From an uncultured Clostridium sp. (GTDB taxonomy: Bacteria > Bacillota > Clostridia > TANB77 > CAG-508), in the NCBI GenBank assembly GCA_905213875.1, contig CAJMJN010000002.1, forward strand, positions 68,363 through 132,362: 64,000 nt of DNA, written 5' to 3'. A program made the position numbers and the translations under genes. Below are positions 29,301-38,931 of the stretch, in pieces. Numbering within the stretch: position 1 is the first letter of the stretch; each line of letters starts with the position of its first letter. Under the pieces are notes generated by a model that worked only from the letters and a program-made list of their open reading frames with translations, had not been told where the DNA came from and made no database searches.

Positions 29301-30287
29301 ATGAGAAATGTAGCAATAATAGGAAGCGGAAGCTGGGGTACAGCATTAGCTGTATGTTTAGCCAACAACGGAAACAATGTAAAGATTTGGTCTTTTTGTG
29401 AAGAAGAAAAAGATTTAATAAATAATAAAAAGCAATGCAAGTTTTTGCCAGGAGTAGTAATTCCTAATAATGTGGAATGTATGACTGATTTTGAAAAGGT
29501 AATTGATGGAGCAGATTTTATATTACATGTAACACCATCAAAATTTACAAGATCTACATTTAAACAATATAAACAATATGTAGGAGACAAACCAGTAATT
29601 ATTTGTTCAAAGGGATTTGAAAAAGAAACATTACAAACATTAGATGATGTAATAAAAGATGAATTACCATCAGCAAAAATTGGAGTTCTAACAGGGCCTA
29701 GCCATGCAGAAGAAGTTGCTATAAGTATTCCGACAGTATTAGTTATAGCATCTGAACATGAAGAAATATTACCACTTATACAAGATACATTTATGTCTAA
29801 AAATATGAGAATATATACATCAACAGATGTAAAAGGACTTGAATTAGGAGGAGCATTAAAAAATATTATTGCATTTTGTGCTGGCGTAGCAGCTGGAATT
29901 GGACTAGGAGATAACTCCTTTGCGGCATTAATTACTAGAGGTTTAGGTGAAATATCAAGATTAGGAGTTAAATTAGGTGGAAAACAAGAAACATTTTATG
30001 GCTTAAGTGGACTTGGAGATTTAATTGTTACATGTCTTAGTGAACACAGCAGAAATAGAAGAGCAGGAAAACTAATAGGTCAAGGAAAAACACTTGAAGA
30101 AACAAGAAAAGAAGTTGGAATGGTAATAGAAAGTATAGACAATATAGATGTAGCTTATGAATTAGGAAAAAGAAATAATATATATATGCCAATAATAGAA
30201 ACAGTATATGATGTTATTTATAATGGATTAGATCCTAAAAAAGCTGTTGAAGATTTAATGACAAGAGAAAAGAAAAGTGAAATCTAA
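29301..30287 (+). CDS. gpsA: NAD(P)H-dependent glycerol-3-phosphate dehydrogenase
   Basis: IIGSGSWGTALA, GPSHAEEV, GALKNIIA, SRNRRAG. Confidence 0.95.
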   Translation: MRNVAIIGSGSWGTALAVCLANNGNNVKIWSFCEEEKDLINNKKQCKFLPGVVIPNNVECMTDFEKVIDGADFILHVTPSKFTRSTFKQYKQYVGDKPVIICSKGFEKETLQTLDDVIKDELPSAKIGVLTGPSHAEEVAISIPTVLVIASEHEEILPLIQDTFMSKNMRIYTSTDVKGLELGGALKNIIAFCAGVAAGIGLGDNSFAALITRGLGEISRLGVKLGGKQETFYGLSGLGDLIVTCLSEHSRNRRAGKLIGQGKTLEETRKEVGMVIESIDNIDVAYELGKRNNIYMPIIETVYDVIYNGLDPKKAVEDLMTREKKSEI

Positions 30288-30391
30288 TATTTGTGTTAAA
30301 ATTACACTAAGCAGAAAATTTGTTTTATAATTTTTCTAAAAAACAAATAAAATTTTAAATTGATAATAAATTTAATAAAAATGGTAATAAT

Positions 30392-31090
30392 ATGAAAAAA
30401 GAAAGGATGAGTGCAATGGAATTTTTTGATAAGTTAAGTAAAAAAGCTTCAGAAGCATATAAAATTACAGCTGACAAAACAGGTAAAATAGCTAAGGAAA
30501 CTAAATTAAAATTAAAAATTAGTGAGTTAAAGTCAGAAATAAATACAATATATACTGAAATTGGTAAAAAAGCATATGAAAAACATACAATAAAAAATGG
30601 TGGCGAAAAATGCACTGAAAATGTATGTGAACAAATAAAAGAAAAATGCTTAAAAATAGATGTATTAAGTGATGAAATAGATAATTTATTAAAACAATGT
30701 CTAGAATTAAATGATAAAAAACAATGTGAAAATTGTTATGCAGAAATAGAAAAAGATGTTAAATTTTGCCCACATTGTGGAGCAAAGCAAGAAGAAATTG
30801 CAGTTGAAGCAGAAGTACTAGAAGCAGAAGAAAATAGTAATTCTGATGACGATGACAATGTATTTGGTGCAGAACAAGAACCAGAAAATACAGATAATAG
30901 TGAAGAAGTAAAAGAGCAACCAGAAAATAACGAGAAAAATGATCAAATAGATAATGAAGAAAATTCAGAAGAAAAAGAAAAAACTAATTTAGAAAAAACA
31001 GTTGAAGTAGAATCAAATGTAGAAACACAAACAGATTCAGCAGAAATGGAAGAAGACAAGAAAGATGTAAAAGAAGACGGAGAGCAATAA
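30392..31090 (+). CDS. Zinc-ribbon protein with a coiled-coil N-terminus and a highly acidic tail (start may be ATG 30416)
   Basis: [22 protein letters not shown], then an E/D/N-rich C-terminus. Confidence 0.6.
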   Translation: MKKERMSAMEFFDKLSKKASEAYKITADKTGKIAKETKLKLKISELKSEINTIYTEIGKKAYEKHTIKNGGEKCTENVCEQIKEKCLKIDVLSDEIDNLLKQCLELNDKKQCENCYAEIEKDVKFCPHCGAKQEEIAVEAEVLEAEENSNSDDDDNVFGAEQEPENTDNSEEVKEQPENNEKNDQIDNEENSEEKEKTNLEKTVEVESNVETQTDSAEMEEDKKDVKEDGEQ

Positions 31091-31527
31091 TGAAATTAGT
31101 TGTACAAAGAGTAAAAAATGCACAAGTAGAAGTAGAAGGTAAATTAGTAGGAAAAATAGAGCAAGGTTTTTTGGTATTACTAGGTGTTACACATAGTGAT
31201 ACCAAAGAACAAGCTGATTATTTAGTGAAAAAATTGTGTAAACTAAGAGTTTTCAAAGATGAAAACGATAAAATGAATTTAGGTCTAAAAGATATAAATG
31301 GAGAATTACTAATAGTTTCACAATTTACACTATATGCAGACTGCTCTAGTGGAAATAGACCATCTTTTATAAATGCTGCTAAACCAGAACAAGCGGAAGA
31401 ATTATATGAATATTTTTGCGAACAATGTGAGCAAAATAACATTAAAGTAGAAAAAGGAATATTTGGAGCAGATATGAAAGTTAGTCTTTTAAATGATGGC
31501 CCAGTAACAATAATAATGGAAAAGTAG
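31090..31527 (+). CDS. dtd: D-aminoacyl-tRNA deacylase
   Basis: [53 protein letters not shown]. Confidence 0.95.
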   Translation: MKLVVQRVKNAQVEVEGKLVGKIEQGFLVLLGVTHSDTKEQADYLVKKLCKLRVFKDENDKMNLGLKDINGELLIVSQFTLYADCSSGNRPSFINAAKPEQAEELYEYFCEQCEQNNIKVEKGIFGADMKVSLLNDGPVTIIMEK

Positions 31528-31809
31528 TTAATAAGGAAAACGTTCATATAAGTATTTAATTATATTATTAGCATTATCTTCAGTTATTGTAATAAACAAA
31601 TTCTTGTCAATACATATTAACATTTTTAAATTATATAAATCAGAATTATCAATATAAACACCAATTATCTCAGCAAGTTCAATGGGATTGGTGTATTTTT
31701 TTTCCCAATTTAAATTATTATAAATTTCTAAATCTGTATTATAAAAGCGACTTAAAAAATCATTTAATTCACCTTTTTTAGTACTATATAAATTTACAGT
31801 AGCAAACAT
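31528..31809 (-). CDS. Hypothetical 93-aa protein
   Basis: Non-repetitive ORF with an AAGGGA RBS. It is convergent with dtd and abuts it with no spacer. Confidence 0.45.
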   Translation of the reverse strand: MFATVNLYSTKKGELNDFLSRFYNTDLEIYNNLNWEKKYTNPIELAEIIGVYIDNSDLYNLKMLICIDKNLFITITEDNANNIIKYLYERFPY

Positions 31810-31982
31810 AATAAATTATCCCTTGTATAGTATATTTAGGTTTTTAAGAGGATTTACCTATAAACCAATATGTATTAAAAAAATCAAATTATATTAATAG
31901 TATTAAAAAATAAATAAAAATATATACAAAGAATAAATTAAATAAAAAATGTAAATAATAGAAAAAATGGAGGAAAAAAAAT

Positions 31983-32951
31983 TTGAAAAAAAATAAAATA
32001 ATATTGTTTATTGTAACAATGACAATTTTAATTGTAATTTTTGTATTAATATATAGAAATATTAGTAATAGTAATAATACTCAAACTCAAGAAGAAAAAG
32101 CATTTACTGAAATTGAATTTTTAGATGGAGAATTAGTAAATTTATTTAATCAAATGAATAATATAGAAATTAGAAATTACAATGTATCTGTAACTCAAAT
32201 TAATGAAAAAGGCGACAAAAATGAAGAAGATGGTCAAGCGAATAAAAGTGAAGAAAGCAAAAACAGCAATTCAAGTAGTGAATCTAATAATACGTCTGGA
32301 GGTAGTTCAAAAGATAGTTCTAGTGGTAATAGTACAGAAAGTACAGATAGTTCGTTACAAAATTCTCAAAATGGGAATAGTACAACTAAAAATGAAGAAT
32401 TTCAATTGCAATCAACAAGTGTATTGTTAAGAAGTGACCAAATAGATTGGGACGAGATAAAAACCAAAATTGAAACATTATATTTATCTATCCCAACAAT
32501 AACATTAGATTTATATCAAATACAAGTAAACCAAGATGATATATTAAATTTCAACAAAGAATTAGATTCATTAACCTTATTAGTTGAGCAAGAAAGAAAA
32601 GAAGAATGTTTAAATAAATTAGCAACAATATATGAATATATTCCTAAATTTGCGGAAAAAGCAACAACTGATGAATTAGAAAAAACAATATTAGAAACAA
32701 AGAAAAATTTATTTAAAGGATATAGCAAACTGGATAGTAAAAATTGGGGTGAAATATCACAAGATGTAAATCAAACAGTAGAAAGTTTTACAAAACTATT
32801 AACAAATGTTAATGAAAAAGATAGTAAACAATATACTATAAACAAAATTTATGTGATGTTAAATGAATTGAAAAATGCAGTAAACATACAAGATACAAAT
32901 GTTTTTTTGATAAAGTATAAAAATATATTGGAAGAATTAAATGATTTATAA
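31983..32951 (+). CDS. Membrane-anchored hypothetical protein with an S/N-rich linker (TTG start)
   Basis: N-terminal TM IILFIVTMTILIVIFVLI, a low-complexity SSSESNNTSGGSSKDSSSGNSTESTDSS stretch, and a helical C-terminal domain. Confidence 0.5.
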   Translation: MKKNKIILFIVTMTILIVIFVLIYRNISNSNNTQTQEEKAFTEIEFLDGELVNLFNQMNNIEIRNYNVSVTQINEKGDKNEEDGQANKSEESKNSNSSSESNNTSGGSSKDSSSGNSTESTDSSLQNSQNGNSTTKNEEFQLQSTSVLLRSDQIDWDEIKTKIETLYLSIPTITLDLYQIQVNQDDILNFNKELDSLTLLVEQERKEECLNKLATIYEYIPKFAEKATTDELEKTILETKKNLFKGYSKLDSKNWGEISQDVNQTVESFTKLLTNVNEKDSKQYTINKIYVMLNELKNAVNIQDTNVFLIKYKNILEELNDL

Positions 32952-33088
32952 AATTCATAGATTATTTGGTCGCTTACGCGGTATTTCATAAAATAATATT
33001 AAAATTATTAAAAATTTGCATTTTATAGCAAATTATTTCAAAAGAATTTATAGACATCGTAAGAATTTTATGTTATTATGTATATTGC

Positions 33089-33443
33089 TAAAGTAAATTA
33101 AATAGTCGCTGGTAAATTTCGAAAGAAATTACGAGAGGAAAGTCCGGGCTCCATAGAGCAATGATGCTAGATAACGTCTAGTGAGGGTGACCTTAAGGAA
33201 AGTGCAACAGAAAATAACCGCCTTAGTTTACTAAGGTAAGGATGAAAAGGTGAGGTAAGAGCTCACCGCCATTATGGTGACATAGTGGGTCTGTGTAAAC
33301 CCCATCTGGAGCAACACCTTGTAAAGAAGATTAAGCCTGCTCGGTGCCTTCTTGATTTGCGTGGCTTGAGGCAAATAGCGATATTTGTCCTAGATAAATG
33401 ACTATTTTAAATGACAGAACCCGGCTTACAGGTTTACTTTGCA
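33089..33443 (+). ncRNA. rnpB: RNase P RNA, bacterial type B
   Basis: Universal GAGGAAAGTCCGGGCTCC (about 33134), ACAGAAAATAACCGCC, and ACAGAACCCGGCTTACAG near the 3' end. 5' aaagtaaa pairs with 3' tttacttt (P1). Confidence 0.9.
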
Positions 33444-33495
33444 AAGGGGCAGGTCAAAGGTGTTTTTTATAACATTTTTGACCTGCCTCTTTTTA
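33443..33495 (+). terminator. Rho-independent terminator after rnpB
   Basis: aaaggggcaggtcaaa / tttgacctgcctcttt stem followed by a T-run. Confidence 0.8.
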
Positions 33496-33562
33496 AATAA
33501 TTATTTACAATTAAAAATCTTAAGTGTATAATGTAGGCAAGATTTGGAAAGGAAATTTGAAT

Positions 33563-34447
33563 ATGGAATTAATAAATTTTATGGCCACAGATGGAGTAAA
33601 TTTAGAAGGAATATTATATAAAGCTTCATCTAATATAAGTGAAAAAATAATATTATCAGTACATGGAATGACAAGCAATTGTTTTAAAAAAAGAGATATA
33701 GAAATAGCTAAAAAAGCTAATGAAAAAGGAATTGACTATTTTGCATTTAATAATAGAGGAAGTGAAATTGTTAAATATATAGAAAAAGAAACAGAAGGAC
33801 AGCCAACAAAAGAACTAGCAGGAACAGCATATGAAGATGTACTAGAAGGTTATGAAGATATAGTTGGAGCAATAATAAAATTAAAAGAATTAGGATATAA
33901 AAATATATATTTACAAGGACATAGTTTAGGTTGCACAAAAATAGTATACACATATAATGAATTGATAAATAATGATGAAACAGAAATATTAGAAAATATA
34001 AAAGGAGTAATATTGTTATCATTAGTAGATATCCCAATGGCCTTAAAAGTATATCTAAGAGATAATTTTAAACAATATCTTGATTATGCCGAAAAATTGG
34101 AACATGAAAATAAAATATACGAAATGATGCCTAGAGAATCATTTATACATCCAATAAGTGTAAAATCATTTTTACGTTATGCACGAGATAATAAAGATAT
34201 AGATTTTGCAAATTATGGTAAAGATAACGAACTAGAAAAATTAAATAATATACAAGTACCATTATTTATGAGATGGGGAAATGATAATGAAATGATTATT
34301 CAACAAGCGGATGAATTATCAACAATGGTAAATAATATAATAACAAATGAAAATAAAAATATCGACTATATAGATGGAGCAAACCATAGCTATACAGGAA
34401 AAGAAAAAGAACTTGCAGAGCAAATAGTAGAATTTGTATTAATGTAA
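33563..34447 (+). CDS. Alpha/beta-fold hydrolase
   Basis: Nucleophile elbow LQGHSLGC, C-terminal GANHSY. Confidence 0.7.
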   Translation: MELINFMATDGVNLEGILYKASSNISEKIILSVHGMTSNCFKKRDIEIAKKANEKGIDYFAFNNRGSEIVKYIEKETEGQPTKELAGTAYEDVLEGYEDIVGAIIKLKELGYKNIYLQGHSLGCTKIVYTYNELINNDETEILENIKGVILLSLVDIPMALKVYLRDNFKQYLDYAEKLEHENKIYEMMPRESFIHPISVKSFLRYARDNKDIDFANYGKDNELEKLNNIQVPLFMRWGNDNEMIIQQADELSTMVNNIITNENKNIDYIDGANHSYTGKEKELAEQIVEFVLM

Positions 34448-34550
34448 AAATAGAAATATATTAAAATAGAAATTAGTTTAATGAAATACAAAATTTGGGA
34501 AAGGAGAAAGTACGAAGAGATTAAAAATATAGTATCGTACGAAGAAAAAA

Positions 34551-35615
34551 ATGGCAAATATTTTTGATTATTTAGATTGGAGAGATATAAGTTTAGAAAA
34601 AGTAGAATTTAATGAAATAGATAATTTAATTTTAGCAAGATTATCATATTTCCCATTAGATGGCTCAGTAAAGGAAAATGATGAAATAACTGTAAAAGAA
34701 GCATATCTAAAAATGAAAGAACAAGGAACTACAGGAAGAATTTTACAGGCAGAAGATATTGACTTATTTCCTAAACTTGCAAATAGTGAAAGATTTGGAA
34801 ATCTAAAGTTAACAGGCTTTGTAAACAAAATAGATCCAGAAGCAGAAAAACAATTTTCAGCTGTAACAATATTATTTCCTGATAACACAATATATGTTGC
34901 ATACAGAGGAACAGACAACACTATTGTAGGTTGGAAAGAAGATTTTAATATGAGTTTTAGTGATTTAGTTGCATCACAAACAGAATCAGTAAAATACTTA
35001 GAAAAAATTGCTAATAAATATCCAGAAAAGAAAATATTAGTTGGAGGACATTCTAAAGGCGGAAATTTGGCAATATATGCATCAGTATTTTGCAAACCGG
35101 AAATACAAGATAGAATTATAGAAGTATATAATAATGATGGTCCAGGATTCTCAGAAAAAGTAGTTCAAAGTCCAGAATATGAAAAAATGATAAAAAAAGT
35201 ACATACATATATTCCGCAAACTTCAATAATAGGAAGGCTATTAAATCATAAGGAAGAAACAACAATAATTAAAAGTACACAAATGGGAATAATGCAACAT
35301 GATTTATATTCTTGGCAAGTATTAGGAGCTAAATTTGTAGAAGACGAATTAACAAACTCAAGTGAATTTATAGACCAAAAAATAACTAATTGGCTAAGAG
35401 AAGTAAGCCCAGAGCAAAGAGGAGAATTTTTTGATGTATTATTTGAAATACTAAATGCCACAAATGCAAAAACATTGTCAGAAATTAAAGGAAACTGGTT
35501 TGCAAGTGCAAAGGCAATGCTTACAACATATAAAAATTTAACACCTGAAAGTAAAAAAATACTAATACAAACATTTAGACTTTTAGGAACAAGTTCATCA
35601 GAAAATAAAGATTAA
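34551..35615 (+). CDS. DUF2974 / Mbeg1-like lipase-fold protein
   Basis: YVAYRGTDNTIVGWKEDF, VGGHSKGGNLA, YNNDGPGF. Confidence 0.7.
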   Translation: MANIFDYLDWRDISLEKVEFNEIDNLILARLSYFPLDGSVKENDEITVKEAYLKMKEQGTTGRILQAEDIDLFPKLANSERFGNLKLTGFVNKIDPEAEKQFSAVTILFPDNTIYVAYRGTDNTIVGWKEDFNMSFSDLVASQTESVKYLEKIANKYPEKKILVGGHSKGGNLAIYASVFCKPEIQDRIIEVYNNDGPGFSEKVVQSPEYEKMIKKVHTYIPQTSIIGRLLNHKEETTIIKSTQMGIMQHDLYSWQVLGAKFVEDELTNSSEFIDQKITNWLREVSPEQRGEFFDVLFEILNATNAKTLSEIKGNWFASAKAMLTTYKNLTPESKKILIQTFRLLGTSSSENKD

Positions 35616-35643
35616 ATTAGTGGCAATTTATGAATAGAATTAA

Positions 35644-35688
35644 GAATAAAGTGATATATATTAACATATGTATATTACTTTATTTTTA
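35644..35688 (+). terminator. Probable terminator
   Basis: gaataaagt...actttattt imperfect stem followed by a T-run. Confidence 0.45.
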
Positions 35689-35697
35689 TATAAAATC

Positions 35698-35781
35698 AAT
35701 AAAAACGTGTAAAAACCGACTCAAAAATCAAAAAAATGTGTAAAATATTCCTAAAAAGCAAGAAAAAATGTGTAAAATAAT
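35698..35781 (+). repeat. Three phased direct repeats, AAAAA(C/T)GTGTAAAA
   Basis: The GTGTAAAA cores start at 35707, 35738 and 35770 (31- and 32-bp spacing). Copies 2 and 3 share 17 identical nt (aaaaaatgtgtaaaata). Confidence 0.8.
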
Positions 35782-35842
35782 GTTTAAATTTATATAATTA
35801 AAAAATAATGTAGGATTATATACAAAAAACAAAATTTGTATC

Positions 35843-35871
35843 TTGAAATTTAAAATACATAAACATATAAT
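35843..35871 (+). promoter_or_regulatory. Promoter of the oleate hydratase gene
   Basis: TTGAAA (35843-35848), 17-nt spacer, TATAAT (35866-35871). Confidence 0.55.
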
Positions 35872-35906
35872 ATATTGGAAAAACTAAAGATATGGAGGTA
35901 GTTATT

Positions 35907-37682
35907 ATGTATTATAGTAATGGGAACTATGAAGCATTTGCACATCCTAAGAAACCAGAAGGTGTAGATAATAAATCTGCATACCTAGTAGGAGCAGGAC
36001 TTGCATCACTTGCAGCAGCATGCTTTTTAGTAAGAGATGGACAAATGAAAGGTGAAAATATTCACATATTAGAAACAGGAAAATTATCAGGAGGAGCTTG
36101 TGATGGTATAGATGATCCACAAAAAGGATTTATAATTCGTGGTGGACGTGAAATGGAAAATCATTTTGAGTGTTTATGGGATTTATTCCGTTCAATACCA
36201 TCATTAGAAACAGAAGGGGCATCAGTATTAGACGAATATTATTGGCTAAACAAAAAAGACCCAAATTATTCATTAATGAGAGCAACTGTAAACAGAGGAG
36301 AAGATGCACACACTGATGGCAAATTTGGATTATCAGATGAAGCTTCAATGGAAATTGTAAAATTATTTTTTACTAAAGATGAAGATTTATATGATAAAAA
36401 AATAGAAGATGTATTTACAGAAGAATTTTTTAGTTCTAATTTTTGGTTATATTGGAGAACTATGTTTGCATTTGAAACATGGCATAGTGCATTAGAAATG
36501 AAATTATATATTCAAAGATTTATACATCATATTGGAGGATTACCTGATTTTTCAGCTTTGAAATTTACAAAATATAACCAATACGAATCACTAATTTTAC
36601 CAATGGTAAAATATCTAGAAAGCCATGGAGTACAATTCCAATATGATACACAAGTAAAAAATGTAAAATTTGATATTGATGGAGAAAAGAAAACAGCTAA
36701 ACAAATTATATGTGTACATGAAGGAAAAGACGAAGTAATAGATTTAACTGTAAATGATTTGGTATTTGTAACAAACGGAAGTTGTACAGAAAGATCAATG
36801 CTAGGAGATCAAAACACTGCACCTGATTTAAACATAAAAAATGGTGAAGGTGATAGCTGGGAACTATGGAAAAATATAGCTATACAAAGTGAAGAATTTG
36901 GCCATCCAGAAAAATTCTGTATGAATATAAAAGAAACTAACTGGGAATCTGCAACAGTTACAACTTTAGATGATAAAATTCCGCAATATATTCAAAAAAT
37001 ATGTAAAAGAGATCCATTTAGTGGAAGAGTTGTAACAGGTGGAATAGTATCTGTAAAAGATTCAAATTGGATGATGAGTTGGACAGTAAATAGACAACCA
37101 CATTTTAAAAATCAACCTAAAGACCAATTAGTAGTTTGGGTATATGGACTATTTACAAATGTAAAAGGAAATTACATTAAAAAGCTAATGAGAGAATGTA
37201 CAGGAAAAGAAATTACAGAGGAATGGTTATATCATTTAGGTGTTCCAAAAGATCAAATAGAAGATTTAGCAGAACATTCTGCTAAATGTGTACCTTGTAT
37301 GATGCCATATATAACCGCATTCTTTATGCCAAGAACAGCAGGAGATAGACCAAAAGTAGTTCCAAAAGGATGTACAAACTTTGCATTTATAGGACAATTT
37401 TCAGATACTGTAAGAGATACAGTATTTACAACAGAATATTCAGTAAGAACAGCTATGGAAGCGGTGTATACATTACTTGATGTAGATAGAGGAGTTCCAG
37501 AAGTATTTGGCTCTTGCTATGATATTCGTGTATTATTGGATTCAACATATAAGATGATGGATGGTAAAAAAATTACAGATTTAAAATTGCCATTTGCAAA
37601 GGACTTAGTATTGAAAAAGGCATTAAAAGCAGCAGAGGGAACAGTAATAGAAGATCTATTAAAAAGATATAAATTAATATAA
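35907..37682 (+). CDS. ohyA: Oleate hydratase (FAD-dependent, MCRA family)
   Basis: [61 protein letters not shown], 591 aa. Confidence 0.9.
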   Translation: MYYSNGNYEAFAHPKKPEGVDNKSAYLVGAGLASLAAACFLVRDGQMKGENIHILETGKLSGGACDGIDDPQKGFIIRGGREMENHFECLWDLFRSIPSLETEGASVLDEYYWLNKKDPNYSLMRATVNRGEDAHTDGKFGLSDEASMEIVKLFFTKDEDLYDKKIEDVFTEEFFSSNFWLYWRTMFAFETWHSALEMKLYIQRFIHHIGGLPDFSALKFTKYNQYESLILPMVKYLESHGVQFQYDTQVKNVKFDIDGEKKTAKQIICVHEGKDEVIDLTVNDLVFVTNGSCTERSMLGDQNTAPDLNIKNGEGDSWELWKNIAIQSEEFGHPEKFCMNIKETNWESATVTTLDDKIPQYIQKICKRDPFSGRVVTGGIVSVKDSNWMMSWTVNRQPHFKNQPKDQLVVWVYGLFTNVKGNYIKKLMRECTGKEITEEWLYHLGVPKDQIEDLAEHSAKCVPCMMPYITAFFMPRTAGDRPKVVPKGCTNFAFIGQFSDTVRDTVFTTEYSVRTAMEAVYTLLDVDRGVPEVFGSCYDIRVLLDSTYKMMDGKKITDLKLPFAKDLVLKKALKAAEGTVIEDLLKRYKLI

Positions 37683-37688
37683 AACAAA

Positions 37689-37734
37689 AGCAAAAACAGT
37701 AGTAAAAATATAAAGGCTACTGTTTTTGCTGTTT
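37689..37734 (+). terminator. Rho-independent terminator
   Basis: agcaaaaacagtag / ctactgtttttgct 14-bp stem. Confidence 0.8.
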
Positions 37735-37745
37735 AAAGGTATTGA

Positions 37746-37860
37746 AAAAATGTCTCAAATACAATAAAGCAACATTATGAAAAATATGGTAAATGTTATC
37801 GTATAGGAGGAGACGAATTTGCAGTAATCATAACTAAAGATGTTAAAAATAATGTGAGCA
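37746..37860 (+). pseudogene. Orphan fragment of a GGDEF diguanylate cyclase domain
   Basis: Open frame ...IKQHYEKYGKCYRIGGDEFAVIITKDVKNN. It has no start codon or N-terminal domain, and it runs into a terminator hairpin. Confidence 0.7.
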
Positions 37861-37892
37861 AAAGACACCAGATATTATATCTGGTGTCTTTT
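37860..37892. terminator. Bidirectional terminator hairpin
   Basis: aaagacaccagata / tatctggtgtcttt with a 3-nt loop. It lies between the GGDEF remnant and the convergent minus-strand gene. Confidence 0.8.
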
Positions 37893-37911
37893 GCGTATAT
37901 ATAGGGCATAA

Positions 37912-38781
37912 TTAATTTGCAGAAGGATTTTTAGTAGTATTAGTAATATTTTTATATAAATTACAAATATCACAATCTAAACATAAAGTTACTCTGTTCT
38001 CAAAGATAGATTGTAAAGTATTTATAAATTCATCTATATTTGAATCAATAAGATGAATAAAAATCTTTTTTGGTAATAAGTTTAATAATGTATTTAGAGT
38101 ATAATCATTTACAGAAAAATTGATATCACTTAAATATTTGGCATTTAAATTAAAATTGTAAATATTAATAATTTCTTTGTTTTCGTCTAATAATATACTT
38201 TCAGAATTAGAATATAATAAATGGACAACATTACAATTTGAAGATTGTGATTCAATATATAATCGCAAAAGTGATACAAATTCTAAATATTCTTTTTGAA
38301 TAATATAATTATTAACAGATCTTGACAATATATCATCTAAAAAATTAAAGTAATTTTTTAAACGAAAATGTATAAAACCACCTAAAAATAGCGATTTATT
38401 TTTATCAATATATTCAACTAAGTTAGTATAAACTAAATTAAGTTTTTTATCAAAAGTTTTATAAAAATCTTCAGACATAATATCAAAAGATAAATTTATA
38501 ATTTCTTTTCGTTCATTAGAATCAAAATAAAAGTAATTTTGAGAAAGCAAAAAAATCAAAATGTTTTCTTCTAACTCATCAATAATCATAATGGAAAGAA
38601 GATGAGAAATTTTATCAATAAAAAGAGAATTATTATTACCATTATAGTGAATAATAATGTTATTATAATGTTTAAATTTACGCAAAGAAAAACAAATATC
38701 AGGCAATTCAAAATGTTTTAATTCATTTAGTAGATATTGGAGTAAATTAGAATTATTTGTTTTTATACATAATGATTTCAT
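37912..38781 (-). CDS. Hypothetical protein (possibly a YtxC-like sporulation protein)
   Basis: 289 aa and non-repetitive. The overall pattern (IIDELEENILIFLLSQNYFYF) is reminiscent of YtxC, but this was not verified. Confidence 0.3.
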   Translation of the reverse strand: MKSLCIKTNNSNLLQYLLNELKHFELPDICFSLRKFKHYNNIIIHYNGNNNSLFIDKISHLLSIMIIDELEENILIFLLSQNYFYFDSNERKEIINLSFDIMSEDFYKTFDKKLNLVYTNLVEYIDKNKSLFLGGFIHFRLKNYFNFLDDILSRSVNNYIIQKEYLEFVSLLRLYIESQSSNCNVVHLLYSNSESILLDENKEIINIYNFNLNAKYLSDINFSVNDYTLNTLLNLLPKKIFIHLIDSNIDEFINTLQSIFENRVTLCLDCDICNLYKNITNTTKNPSAN

Positions 38782-38931
38782 TAAAAATCTCCTCCCAATA
38801 AAAATAGTATCTACTAAATAAGTAAAAGTTATACATTATACTATGAGAAGAAATAAAAAATAGTAACTTGTATAAAATTAAAAAATATAATTACTATAAA
38901 TATTTGTATAAATAGTAATTATATTTTTAAT

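Noticed and set aside
32203-32430. 75-aa ORF nested in another frame of the S/N-rich linker of gene 31983-32951
   Set aside because: It is an alternative frame of a low-complexity repeat region. It has no RBS, and its K/V-rich composition is an artefact.
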